From: Candidatus Bathyarchaeia archaeon
GTDB lineage: Archaea; Thermoproteota; Bathyarchaeia; 40CM-2-53-6
Direction of reading: 5' to 3'
Assembly: GCA_049513715.1 (NCBI GenBank)
Contig: JBEKVV010000005.1
Coordinates: forward strand, 1 to 64,000
DNA length: 64,000 nucleotides
The stretch's first letter is position 1. The number at the start of each line of letters is the position of its first letter. Positions 1-9,328 of the stretch are shown one piece after another. The position numbers and the translations under genes were made by a program. The notes under the pieces are model-generated. The model made no database searches. It worked only from the letters and a program-made list of their open reading frames with translations, and was not told where the DNA came from.

Positions 1-112
1 GGCGTGAGGTTCGCGCCATTCGCGTCTGCAAGTGAAGCAATGGTACAAGAACCCCAGCGTAGGGGAACCTTGAAAGTCGATGCAGACGAGTTAACCAAAT
101 CGGCGAGTTAAC

Positions 113-433
113 GTGAGCCGACAAGTTAACAGAACCGTTGGGAAGAAACCCGAAAGGAAACCATTCGGACGCTCGAGCCCTCCAAAGGGCTACCCGAAAG
201 ACCGGTCAGTCTACGCCGACCCTGAGAACTGGCGCTACCCCCTCCACACCTCTTGGCACGCAAAAGCCGCACGCCGCTACTTCGATGACGAGCCAAACAG
301 AACCAAATATACAGTAGACGAGCAGACCTACATCGATCGGCGAATCAACGAGGCTCTGAAGAAATTCGAGGCAAGAAAAGGAAAACGCTCCCCCTCAAGA
401 GCTCCAACGAAGGACGTGGAGAGATGTCGTTGA
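113..433 (+). CDS. DUF6582-like small basic protein; possibly the N-terminal half of a frameshifted fusion with 424..750
   Basis: YADPENWRYPLHT..HAKAARRYF motif; overlaps the next ORF by 10 nt. Confidence 0.5.
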   Translation: MSRQVNRTVGKKPERKPFGRSSPPKGYPKDRSVYADPENWRYPLHTSWHAKAARRYFDDEPNRTKYTVDEQTYIDRRINEALKKFEARKGKRSPSRAPTKDVERCR

Positions 434-750
434 AGCAGTTACTCAGGGTGCTTCTGGGACCTGCGAGACTCAAAAGGGCGACTGAAATCCATGACTCTCT
501 CTTAGTTATCACATCGGAGACTGGGGAACGAATTGAGGCGAAAGTGAAGGATTACGTCGTCCAGATCGACATCAAGAATCAAACCATCTTACACGACTGC
601 CAAGACTGGCGCAATAACATGGCCTCCAAGAACATTTGCAAGCACCTTGGCAAACTGTTCCTAACCTTGGACGAGAGAAAAGCAATCGATCTATCCCGGA
701 GCGTACTCGAACATAAGGAATCCTGGAAATTCACAGCGCCGGGAGCCTAA
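424..750 (+). CDS. SWIM zinc-finger domain protein
   Basis: HDCQDW...ICKH SWIM-like motif. Confidence 0.65.
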   Translation: MSLKQLLRVLLGPARLKRATEIHDSLLVITSETGERIEAKVKDYVVQIDIKNQTILHDCQDWRNNMASKNICKHLGKLFLTLDERKAIDLSRSVLEHKESWKFTAPGA

Positions 751-766
751 CGTCGAACACGTGCGG

Positions 767-2059
767 CTATCGCACGGATTTGGTTAAAATGCGCAAGACC
801 TCGTAAGCGTGCTTAACGACTCCTAGCTTACCTTTCCTAGCATAGCCTTCCGTGAACCGCAACGAGCCATCAGGGCTGATCCCAGGACCAAGCATCAGCA
901 GTGGAACAGGATCGTCGGAGTGCCCCTTAATCTTGCACGGGGTTGAGTGGTCGGCTGTAACGCACATCGTTCTCATTTCCAACTCACCGAGAGCAGAGAA
1001 GAAACCTTTGTCAATGTCTTCGATTGATTTTCTTTTCCCGTCAAAGTCGCCGTCGTGGCCCGGTTCGTCTGGTCCTTTCAGGTGAACGTAGATCAAATCA
1101 TACCTTTCTGAAAGTTTGATGGCTTTGCGCGCTCGCTGTGAATACCCTTCTACTGACCGGTCGGGCGGAAAAACTTCTATGTCCATACCCACGACTTTCG
1201 CAATTCCAAGTTCAACCGGCATGTCAGCTAACGCGACCGCCTTCAAACCGAACTTTTGCGTAAGCGTCTTGACCTTCGGTGTCTTTGTCCCGGCGTCACG
1301 CATTAGGAGAAAATTCGCCGCGGGGAAGCCGCGCGATTTCCTTTGCACATTTACTGGATGATCTTTCAGAACTTCGTAGACACGAGCAGCGAACTGATTC
1401 AGCAATTGGGCTGATTCGGCGGCAGCTCTCGTTTTCGTCAGGGGAACGCATTTCGGGACAGGTGTGGGTAATTTCACGCCGGATTTCGCTATGCTGACTT
1501 TACCTTTGCGCGAATATGCGGGGTCGAGATTTGAAACGGCATCAGAGAACTTCGAACCCCCACTCCGAAACACGAGCGCGCATCTATGGCCAATCGTGGC
1601 CTGAAGCCTAAAGTCAACCACATCTTTGAGCATCGAGTCATTGTTGACGGCTTCGACCAGTTCCTTCGCTTCAATAGTGGAAACATTCCTTCCGGCTCGC
1701 CTATCCAAAATCTGGTTATTTTCCACGGTTGCGAAGTTGCACCTGAGCGCCAAGTCGCCATCCTTGAAATCTAGACCCGATCCAATTGCTTCAACAACTC
1801 CCCGGGACAGATGCAACTTGGTTGGGTCGTAGCTTAGAAGTGAGAAGACGCCTGCATCACTTTCCGGGGCGATTCCGCGTCCCACGGTGTATAAGGTACC
1901 CATAGCCCCTCGTTTGGCGTACGCATCTAGGTTCGGCGTCTTTGCCACCTCCAAAGGAGTTTTGTTCCCGTACTCCGGAACAGGCTTGTCGCCGACCCCG
2001 TCCAATATTACGTAGATTATTGCGTTCTCCAATTTCTGCCGCTGCGCCGCTATCCCCAT
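767..2059 (-). CDS. apgM: 2,3-bisphosphoglycerate-independent phosphoglycerate mutase, archaeal type
   Basis: ILDGVGD, KTPLEVAKTPNLD, PESD, DEPGHDG and TADHSTP motifs. Confidence 0.93.
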   Translation of the reverse strand: MGIAAQRQKLENAIIYVILDGVGDKPVPEYGNKTPLEVAKTPNLDAYAKRGAMGTLYTVGRGIAPESDAGVFSLLSYDPTKLHLSRGVVEAIGSGLDFKDGDLALRCNFATVENNQILDRRAGRNVSTIEAKELVEAVNNDSMLKDVVDFRLQATIGHRCALVFRSGGSKFSDAVSNLDPAYSRKGKVSIAKSGVKLPTPVPKCVPLTKTRAAAESAQLLNQFAARVYEVLKDHPVNVQRKSRGFPAANFLLMRDAGTKTPKVKTLTQKFGLKAVALADMPVELGIAKVVGMDIEVFPPDRSVEGYSQRARKAIKLSERYDLIYVHLKGPDEPGHDGDFDGKRKSIEDIDKGFFSALGELEMRTMCVTADHSTPCKIKGHSDDPVPLLMLGPGISPDGSLRFTEGYARKGKLGVVKHAYEVLRILTKSVR

Positions 2060-2113
2060 CCCTCAATATATTGATTAGAGCTGCAAACCTCAGCTGTCAT
2101 CAGGTTATAGGAC

Positions 2114-3538
2114 ATGTCCGCGGACTGGACGAAGACGAAGATCGTTTGCACAATTGGACCGGCAACCTCATCGAGGGAAATGCTGCGGCGCCTCGTCATG
2201 GCTGGTATGAACGTCGCCCGATTGAACTTAGCCCATGACACGCAAACCGACCACGCCTCGAGAATCGAGCTAATCCGGTCAGTCTCAAGGAAGTTGAAAA
2301 CACCAATCGGGATCTTGCTTGACCTGCCAGGCCCTAAGATCAGGGTCGGCTTGATTCGACCGGAACCAATCTACCTCAGAGAAGGTTCGACACTCGTACT
2401 CACTGAACGTAATGTCGTTGGAAGTGAGAAAGTAGTTTCCGTGAAGCCACCGGGGGTTGTACGAGAGTTCAGTGAAGGTGACCCCATCTTCCTAGCTGAT
2501 GGCACAATTCGCCTTGTAGTTCGCCAAACAAGGAACCAAGGGGCTGTTTGCCGTGTCGTGAGAGGAGGACCATTACTCTCAGGCAAAGGCGTCAACCTTC
2601 CGGGGAAAAAGCTTGGACTAAAGGCGCTGACCCGGAGAGACGTTGCGCTCCTTAAGTTTGGGCTGGAAAACGGAGCCGACTTCATTGGGCTGTCGTTCGC
2701 GACCTCTCAAAGCGATGTGGTTAGAGCGAAAAGGATTGTGAAACGAGCTGGGTTCCGGACATGGGTTATCGCCAAGATTGAGACGCGACAGGGCGTGGAA
2801 AACTTCGACGAAATCGTCGAGAAAGCGGACGGCGTCATGATTGCCCGCGGCGACTTGGGTATAGAGATGGAAGTTGAAGACGTCCCCGTTATCCAGAAAA
2901 GCCTCATCAAGAAGGCGAACGCGGCAGGCAAACCTGTGGTGACCGCTACCCAGATGCTCGAATCCATGGTGAGTAACGCAACCCCCACGCGTGCCGAGGT
3001 GACTGACATAGCAAATGCAATTATCGATGGCACGGACGCGGTCATGCTCTCTGAGGAAACTGCCGTAGGTAAGTATCCAATCGAAGCGGTCAACGTAATG
3101 AGGAAGGTCGCAGCAGTCACCGAAAAGAGCCTTCCATACAGGGCGCTATTGAACTCACGACGGTCACTTCTGAGGGCGATTGTTCAGGATTCGATTAGTT
3201 TCTCGGCTTGCCAAGTTGCATATGATTTGAGCGCGGGTTGCATAGTGGCCTTTACAAGGGCTGGAGCAACTGCCCACAGAGTCTCGAAGTTCCGGTCATC
3301 TGTTCCAATAATTGCGTTGACCTACAAGCCACTAGTAATGAACCGCCTCTCACTCCTTTGGGGCGTGTACCCCCACCAGGTCAAGAAGCTGACAACAACC
3401 GCAGAAATCTTTGCTGCCGCCAAAACCGCTGCCACCAAAACCAAAATCGTCCACGCAGGTGGCAAGATAGTCGTAGTATGCGGCGACCCATCCACTTCGA
3501 GTGGGACGACAGACCTGCTCCGCGTTGAAACAGCCTAG
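2114..3538 (+). CDS. pyk: pyruvate kinase
   Basis: TKIVCTIGPA, DLPGPKIR, AKIET, MIARGDLG, ATQMLESM and DGTDAVMLS motifs. Confidence 0.97.
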   Translation: MSADWTKTKIVCTIGPATSSREMLRRLVMAGMNVARLNLAHDTQTDHASRIELIRSVSRKLKTPIGILLDLPGPKIRVGLIRPEPIYLREGSTLVLTERNVVGSEKVVSVKPPGVVREFSEGDPIFLADGTIRLVVRQTRNQGAVCRVVRGGPLLSGKGVNLPGKKLGLKALTRRDVALLKFGLENGADFIGLSFATSQSDVVRAKRIVKRAGFRTWVIAKIETRQGVENFDEIVEKADGVMIARGDLGIEMEVEDVPVIQKSLIKKANAAGKPVVTATQMLESMVSNATPTRAEVTDIANAIIDGTDAVMLSEETAVGKYPIEAVNVMRKVAAVTEKSLPYRALLNSRRSLLRAIVQDSISFSACQVAYDLSAGCIVAFTRAGATAHRVSKFRSSVPIIALTYKPLVMNRLSLLWGVYPHQVKKLTTTAEIFAAAKTAATKTKIVHAGGKIVVVCGDPSTSSGTTDLLRVETA

Positions 3539-3728
3539 TCCTGAGGTTCGCAAGGGCACAGACACAAGCACCCACCGCATGTGTTACGTCCGCCCGTCGA
3601 CTGTAATACAGTTCCGTGGCTGTGTCGGGCTCCGAACGCAGCCTAAGGATACATTTATGCCACAGCAAAATCGAAGAATCACCTGAGAAAAAGAATAGGA
3701 TGGCCCAACACTATCTCCGCAGTCCCAG

Positions 3729-4805
3729 GTGGCAGAATTGGCCGTAGGCAAAGAGGCCCTTCTGTACCAACACCTCCCCGGCGGAAGAGTACGATGCACC
3801 GCATGCGCCCGCTACTGCAACATCCCCGAAGGAAAAATTGGGCTGTGCGGCGTCCGCGGCAACGTTGACGGCAAACTCCAACTATTCGTGTACGGCAAAA
3901 TAATCGCCGGCCACGTTGACCCCATCGAAAAGAAACCCGTAACCCACTACATGCCCGGAAGCAAAATCTTCTCCATCGCAACAACCGGATGCTCATGGCT
4001 TTGCGCGTACTGTCAGAACTACGACATCAGTCAGCGGCGGAAGATTGAGGGTATGGAGGTTACGCCGGAGAAGGTTGTGGAGATGACGAAGCAGTATCAT
4101 TGTCAGGGTTTGGCGTACACTTACAATGAACCTTCAATATTCATTGAATTTGCACATGACATCGGCGTTCAGGCCCGGAAGGAGGGGCTCGTCAACATTT
4201 TCGTTTCGAACGGTTACGACACGCCGGAGACTGTTGGTTTGATGCGGGATTTCTTGGATTGCATTACTGTGGATTTTAAGGGTAATGGAGAAACCAGTTT
4301 TGTGCGGAAGTACATTGGCATTGCCAACGCTGAACCTATCTTCGATACTCTACTAGGAATCCGCGACAGGACCAAGGTTCACATCGAGATCACAGATCTA
4401 GTTGTGCCAGAGGTTGGGGATGACTTGGGGGCCGCCAAGAAGCTGTCAAGCTGGGTGTACGACAACCTGGGACCGGACACGCCCATTCATTTTCTGAGGT
4501 TCCACCCCGACTACAAGATGATGCAATTTCCCGCAACCCCCGTTGAGACTCTTGAGAAACATCACGCTATTGCGAAAGAGGTGGGTTTGAACTACGTCTA
4601 CCTAGGCAATGTTCCCGGACACCGTCTTGAACACACCTACTGCCCTGAATGCGGAGAAATAGTTGTGGAGAGATATGGATTCGACATCGCGGGTTGGAAC
4701 TTGGACAGACAGAACCGTTGCACGCACTGCGGAAACGAAATCCCAATCGTAGGCCACTTAAGCAAGGCAATCAACGAAGAACGCTTCATCCCCATAATAA
4801 CGTAA
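3729..4805 (+). CDS. amrS: AmmeMemoRadiSam system radical SAM enzyme (PFL-activase-like)
   Basis: CxxCxRxC N-terminus, DPIEKKP, GCSWLCAYCQN radical SAM motif, YTYNEP, HFLRFHP. Confidence 0.9.
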   Translation: MAELAVGKEALLYQHLPGGRVRCTACARYCNIPEGKIGLCGVRGNVDGKLQLFVYGKIIAGHVDPIEKKPVTHYMPGSKIFSIATTGCSWLCAYCQNYDISQRRKIEGMEVTPEKVVEMTKQYHCQGLAYTYNEPSIFIEFAHDIGVQARKEGLVNIFVSNGYDTPETVGLMRDFLDCITVDFKGNGETSFVRKYIGIANAEPIFDTLLGIRDRTKVHIEITDLVVPEVGDDLGAAKKLSSWVYDNLGPDTPIHFLRFHPDYKMMQFPATPVETLEKHHAIAKEVGLNYVYLGNVPGHRLEHTYCPECGEIVVERYGFDIAGWNLDRQNRCTHCGNEIPIVGHLSKAINEERFIPIIT

Positions 4806-5095
4806 GAAGCCACTCGTCGGGAGAATTGTCGAGTCCGGAGGGACCACTGTAAATCCTCACTGGGTCTTAGCCCATTTGCTGGTTTCGGATATTCCCTTGC
4901 CAGCCTAAGCCTCGTTTCCTATCGGGCCGGTGGGACAAGTAGCCACGAACTCGGAACGTCAACACTTAGCCGTAACGACTCCGATTCGACTACCAAACTA
5001 GGCTATGTGTCTGTCGGTGCGTGGTCGTGGGACCACTGGGAATTCACCCCACTATTTGTTGGGGTTAACGCCTCTCTCCGACCGAGCTTCTAAGA

Positions 5096-6076
5096 ATGCG
5101 AGGTTCAATTTCCGATGCTCGCACCACTAGACCACACACAAAACCACTAAACCCATTACGTGTACAGAGAAGATTGGTAATCAAAGGATTGGTCAAGACG
5201 TCGACCACTACGCACAGCCCTAAGATTGCACCTGAGTATCTTCTAAAGCGAACAGCACGTCAATTGATTTCCTCCGCGATCCTATGCTGGGTTTGGATAT
5301 CATTGACTCTGGCTGTCGTGACAGAGGTGCAACTTGCGGCATTGTGGCGGCCAGTACTTCTAATAGCGTCTGCAGTCAGCTGCTTCGCTCTGATGAGGAA
5401 TCGAATCCTTGATCGGATTTACAGAAGAATTAGCTTTGCAACGCACTATCAACTCAAAGTCACCCTCGCAATCCCATTCAGTGTCTTCCTGGGGATGGTA
5501 ATTGGCTTAATGCTGTTTGGCCGGTGGGACTCGCAACGTGAAATATTGGGCCCCATAGTCGCTGTCGGATTGGTAATTTGTTCGATCCTATGGTCCATCG
5601 GGCCAATGGTTTCCGACAAAAGCGAAGCGAGTCTGCTGCTCACTCAATGCATTTACGAGATCGGGAAAGAGAACAAGATCCCAGATTGCTTTCGCTGGCT
5701 TGACCGCGGTTTGTATAAGATAATCAGAATTCTGAGACAGTATGGCATTAGAGTTCATGGTCCCACACTAAGATTGGGAGCAAGGTTGTATTGCCTTGAA
5801 CGAAAGACTAACCTGAACTCCTTATTGGTCCTGTCCAAAGCAATCATGAAGATGGAAGAATCTGAGCCATTTAGGGAACTCAGGGCCGCGGTCGAGGCGC
5901 TTACAGACACTGCAGAGAAGGCCATCGCTAGAGGCGTCTCACCGCAGCCTCGCATCGTCGACTACTTGGACTTCAGATATCTGTCCCTAAAGAATGTATA
6001 TCAGATGTTAGGCATAATTCTCGCAATACTCGCGATATTGATTTCCATAACAACTGGGCATCTCTCGTTGCGCTAG
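5096..6076 (+). CDS. hypothetical multi-pass membrane protein (true start probably TTG ~5189, downstream of J1)
   Basis: long ORF with about 5 hydrophobic segments. Confidence 0.6.
   Translation: MRGSISDARTTRPHTKPLNPLRVQRRLVIKGLVKTSTTTHSPKIAPEYLLKRTARQLISSAILCWVWISLTLAVVTEVQLAALWRPVLLIASAVSCFALMRNRILDRIYRRISFATHYQLKVTLAIPFSVFLGMVIGLMLFGRWDSQREILGPIVAVGLVICSILWSIGPMVSDKSEASLLLTQCIYEIGKENKIPDCFRWLDRGLYKIIRILRQYGIRVHGPTLRLGARLYCLERKTNLNSLLVLSKAIMKMEESEPFRELRAAVEALTDTAEKAIARGVSPQPRIVDYLDFRYLSLKNVYQMLGIILAILAILISITTGHLSLR
5103..5143 (+). repeat. junction J1 (tRNA-3'-mimic type)
   Basis: GTTCAAtttccgatGCTCGCACCActagacCACACACAAAA. Confidence 0.8.
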
Positions 6077-6274
6077 CACCGCGTCTCTGGCGCAACTGAG
6101 TTATTCGATCCTCTGATCATCGTTATGTTCCATAAACCGATAACCCTCACAAGTGGAAAAAGCCCTACTGAAAACTGTGACCGAAGAGAATGGGGATAGG
6201 ACCGGCGTTGTTCTAAAGTTTAGAATCGGGGTTATGCTATGCGGTTTACGTTATCTTAGAAGTCGCCGGTAGGC

Positions 6275-6303
6275 TTTTTGTGTGTGCGCACCAGCATACC
6301 CAC
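6275..6303 (+). repeat. junction J2
   Basis: TTTTTGTGTGTG CGCACCAGCATAC CCAC; 6279-6303 is the exact reverse complement of 12885-12909. Confidence 0.85.
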
Positions 6304-6475
6304 CCCTCCAGAAAAAATTCCGTTATTGCCAACCACCACAAACAGATCACCCAACCATCCACACCACGAAAATCCCCAGGCCCAATGCGATTATTTACGT
6401 ATGCGAGGGACCTAAGTAATGGCAGTCAGAGCACAGAGAAATTAAGTCAAACGGAGAGGAAAGGCGTTTGGTGAT

Positions 6476-7222
6476 TTGAGTGGAATTGATTGGCTACTCA
6501 ACAAAGTCAAGAAAGTCAGAAGTCGGCTCTCACTTGGAAAAATGCTATGGCTGCTTTTCGTTATACTGCTGATGGTAGGCACCTACTACGTGTTCAATCG
6601 TGATAGATATGTGGGGGCGTCTCAGGATTTTGGACCTGTGGAAGTCTCAGGGTCAGGTGGGCGGTCACCTTTCAATGTGACTCTGAGACTTCAATGCGGC
6701 TCCGAAGATAATTCGTACTTGTCAGACGTAGCAGACATCAATTGTGAGATTCTGACGAGATCTAAAGCGGAACCAATTCCAGAAATGGATTTCCGTGTTC
6801 TTATAATGAACGCGAGAAATCAGACAGTGGTAGAATGCAATAGCGCTGTGGAGAACATCAGTAATGTTTCCGAGAGCTCAAGCTTTTGTCTTAATTCTAT
6901 GGGCAATAGGTACTTCGAACTTCCTACGGGGGACTTCAGAGTAGTAATCAAACAATTTTCTATTATGGGAGGAGGAGTTGTCGTAACAAAAGCAAACCCC
7001 GTGATGTTCCGCGGAGAATTGCATGTAATCTCGGCCTTTGAGAAGCAAACTAGATTATCGCAGGACGGTACATCACTTGCCACATTCCTCGCCTTTCTAT
7101 TCATCATCCCAACCACGGTGTTCGCATTACGTTCTTTCTTGATGGAATCCACGGGCAAGAACAGAACAGAAGACTCGCCCGAGGACTCGAATCCCAACAA
7201 GGCGCGCTATTGTTTTGAATAG
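6476..7222 (+). CDS. hypothetical membrane-anchored protein
   Basis: 248-aa ORF with N- and C-terminal TM segments. Confidence 0.6.
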   Translation: MSGIDWLLNKVKKVRSRLSLGKMLWLLFVILLMVGTYYVFNRDRYVGASQDFGPVEVSGSGGRSPFNVTLRLQCGSEDNSYLSDVADINCEILTRSKAEPIPEMDFRVLIMNARNQTVVECNSAVENISNVSESSSFCLNSMGNRYFELPTGDFRVVIKQFSIMGGGVVVTKANPVMFRGELHVISAFEKQTRLSQDGTSLATFLAFLFIIPTTVFALRSFLMESTGKNRTEDSPEDSNPNKARYCFE

Positions 7223-7267
7223 TTCCAGAGCCCTCTCTGTTCTCGTCTTGATCGTTGCTGGCAGTTA

Positions 7268-7663
7268 ATGCCATTTGCCAGTTTTGCCCTGGCTAGTGAC
7301 CACGCAAGCCCATTTGATTTGACATTCACGAGAACTGCAACTTACACCAACACGACTACCTTGACAAGTTCAAAGGTGGTGATGATTACATTCATGCGGA
7401 CCAGTACACTTCACAATCTCTCGCGGGGTCTGGGCGTAACAATTGTCGGGTCTGCAGGCATCGGATCGACCATGTCGATTACCACGTACACCAATCAACC
7501 AAGCGATGGTTCGCCAGCTCTATTCGGTGCTTTGCTGCTTTGCGTGCTTGGGCTGGTGTTAGTGATGTTGCGGAAGCTCAGAAGGTCGCAAAAAGATCAT
7601 AGGTTGAAGATCTTGGTATCGATGGTGCGACCGGTTGAATCTGATCCGTCGGTTCGTGCGTAA
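7268..7663 (+). CDS. Thr-rich small membrane protein or fragment
   Basis: Thr/Ser-rich with a C-terminal TM and basic tail. Confidence 0.35.
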   Translation: MPFASFALASDHASPFDLTFTRTATYTNTTTLTSSKVVMITFMRTSTLHNLSRGLGVTIVGSAGIGSTMSITTYTNQPSDGSPALFGALLLCVLGLVLVMLRKLRRSQKDHRLKILVSMVRPVESDPSVRA

Positions 7664-7666
7664 TTC

Positions 7667-7695
7667 TGTGTGCGCGCACCACTAAACCCAACACA
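7667..7695 (+). repeat. junction J3
   Basis: TGTGTGCG CGCACCACTAAAC CCAACACA. Confidence 0.75.
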
Positions 7696-7751
7696 TCACA
7701 ACACAACCCAACAAAACTGGACAGTACAGCAAGTCAGCAAAAGCTACGTCA

Positions 7752-7782
7752 TGTGTGCGCGCGCACCATTGGACCACACACA
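7752..7782 (+). repeat. junction J4
   Basis: TGTGTGCGCG CGCACCATTGGAC CACACACA. Confidence 0.8.
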
Positions 7783-7855
7783 GGCGAAAACCATAGCCAC
7801 GTCAAACTAGATACAGTATGCAAGATGTGGTCGCCATTACCCTCTATGAGACGTT

Positions 7856-8977
7856 TTAGGAGTGCCTAACAATCCACGACCACAATGCTGCTCGCACCGC
7901 CTCGGTCATAGCTTCCGTAAGGCCTGATGTTTCGATTGTTTCAAAGGCTCCTGAACTGAAAACCTCCTGATAAGTAAATACGGGGGGCATTCCAACATGC
8001 TGATCTCCGAGTTGGAACTGATCTCTAAGTTCCTTCAAGACTGCGCTAGTTGGGATTCGGAAGCGCGATTCGAAATCATGTGCAAAACTGTTACGGAACT
8101 TCTCTAGGAAGTTGATGAAGTCATCATAGCGCGAGTTGCCCGTTCCTCCAAGCTTGAACTCTGGTGGAGCGTTTCTCCATACTTGAACCGTAGATGCTAG
8201 TTTGTCACGCAAGGATTGATCAAGTGCTTTATCGAAGAAATTCCTCAGCGCACGACGACTTCCATGCCTAACTAGATAGAACTCGTAAATGTCCAGGAGA
8301 CTCTTGGGACTCATTTCCTTCTGTTCTCGTATGGCCTGTTCCACTTCGGACACAGTGTCTTTCGCTTTCAGCCAGTCGCCGTACTGGAAATATGGACTTG
8401 ACCGACCTAGAGATTCGGCGCAGGTACATAGAATGAACAGGGCCCATGACGCTGCACCTCCTGGAAAGAGATTGGCAGTTTCTACTCCCTGCGTTTGAAG
8501 CAAATCGACAGCCTGGAGTCGATGTATGATGGATTCGATGAACCCTATCGGATGGTTCGCACGTTCCTCAGTTGATGGAACCTAATCATCTGGTAATTCC
8601 ATCAACGATTCTAGGCGTTTATCAAACTCGCTCCGACTGCAAACCATCTCTACCTGTTTGAAAATCGCATTTGACTCTGCTTCATAGCGACGTATTAGGA
8701 GAACAACTTTTGAATTCCAGGAAACATGGTAAATTCGAAGCTTCACAGCGCCTGCCAAGGGCGTGTTTGAAACACTCGTGAACGAATGATCATAACCAGA
8801 CTTTACTTCCAAGCCCTCGGCGTCTTCAGGTGGTTCGCTGCTAACTCCGAAATATAGAATTGCCCCTAATCTGAGAAGTTTAGGGTTTATTCCGAGGAGA
8901 CCCGATGCTTTGAGCTCCAGCCCATTATATCGAAATCTGAAAGGATCTAGCATTGAGTCCAACTCAGCCGTTCTCAA
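7856..8977 (-). pseudogene. putative HEPN-domain protein interrupted by an in-frame TAG at 8582-8584 (ORFs 8582..8977 and 7856..8503)
   Basis: both ORFs share a frame with 26 open codons between them; FRNSFAH RxxxxH motif in the C-terminal half. Confidence 0.55.
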
Positions 8978-9215
8978 GGATTAGACCATTCGCAACATTG
9001 TTTGGGTTGGCTTGCCTGCTTAAGTTTTGGTGTTTGCTCCTTCAATCGTACGAACCCCCAGAACCGTCCTCCATAAATGACAATCACAGAACAGCTTCGT
9101 TTCGCGGGAGTTCCGTCGCGTACTTCGCCACATATGTTTGGGTTGACGAATATCCGAGGACGGATTGTTGGAGGATCCCTCCCTTGACTTCAGATACAGA
9201 AAAAGGCACAGGGTG

Positions 9216-9254
9216 TTTTCGTGTGTGTGTGCTCACCAGCTAGTACCACACACA
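9216..9254 (+). repeat. junction J5
   Basis: TTTTCGTGTGTGTGTG CTCACCAGCTAGTAC CACACACA. Confidence 0.75.
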
Positions 9255-9328
9255 GAGCCACTCCGCACGAAAAGCACCGCAAGTCTGAAAGGAATGTTCC
9301 GAACTAAGACAGGACAGTTGAATCGAAA

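Noticed and set aside
5040..5126. Complete tRNA gene at J1 (also J8 and J9)
   Set aside because: No 5' acceptor strand, D arm or anticodon arm in register; the T-stem does not pair.
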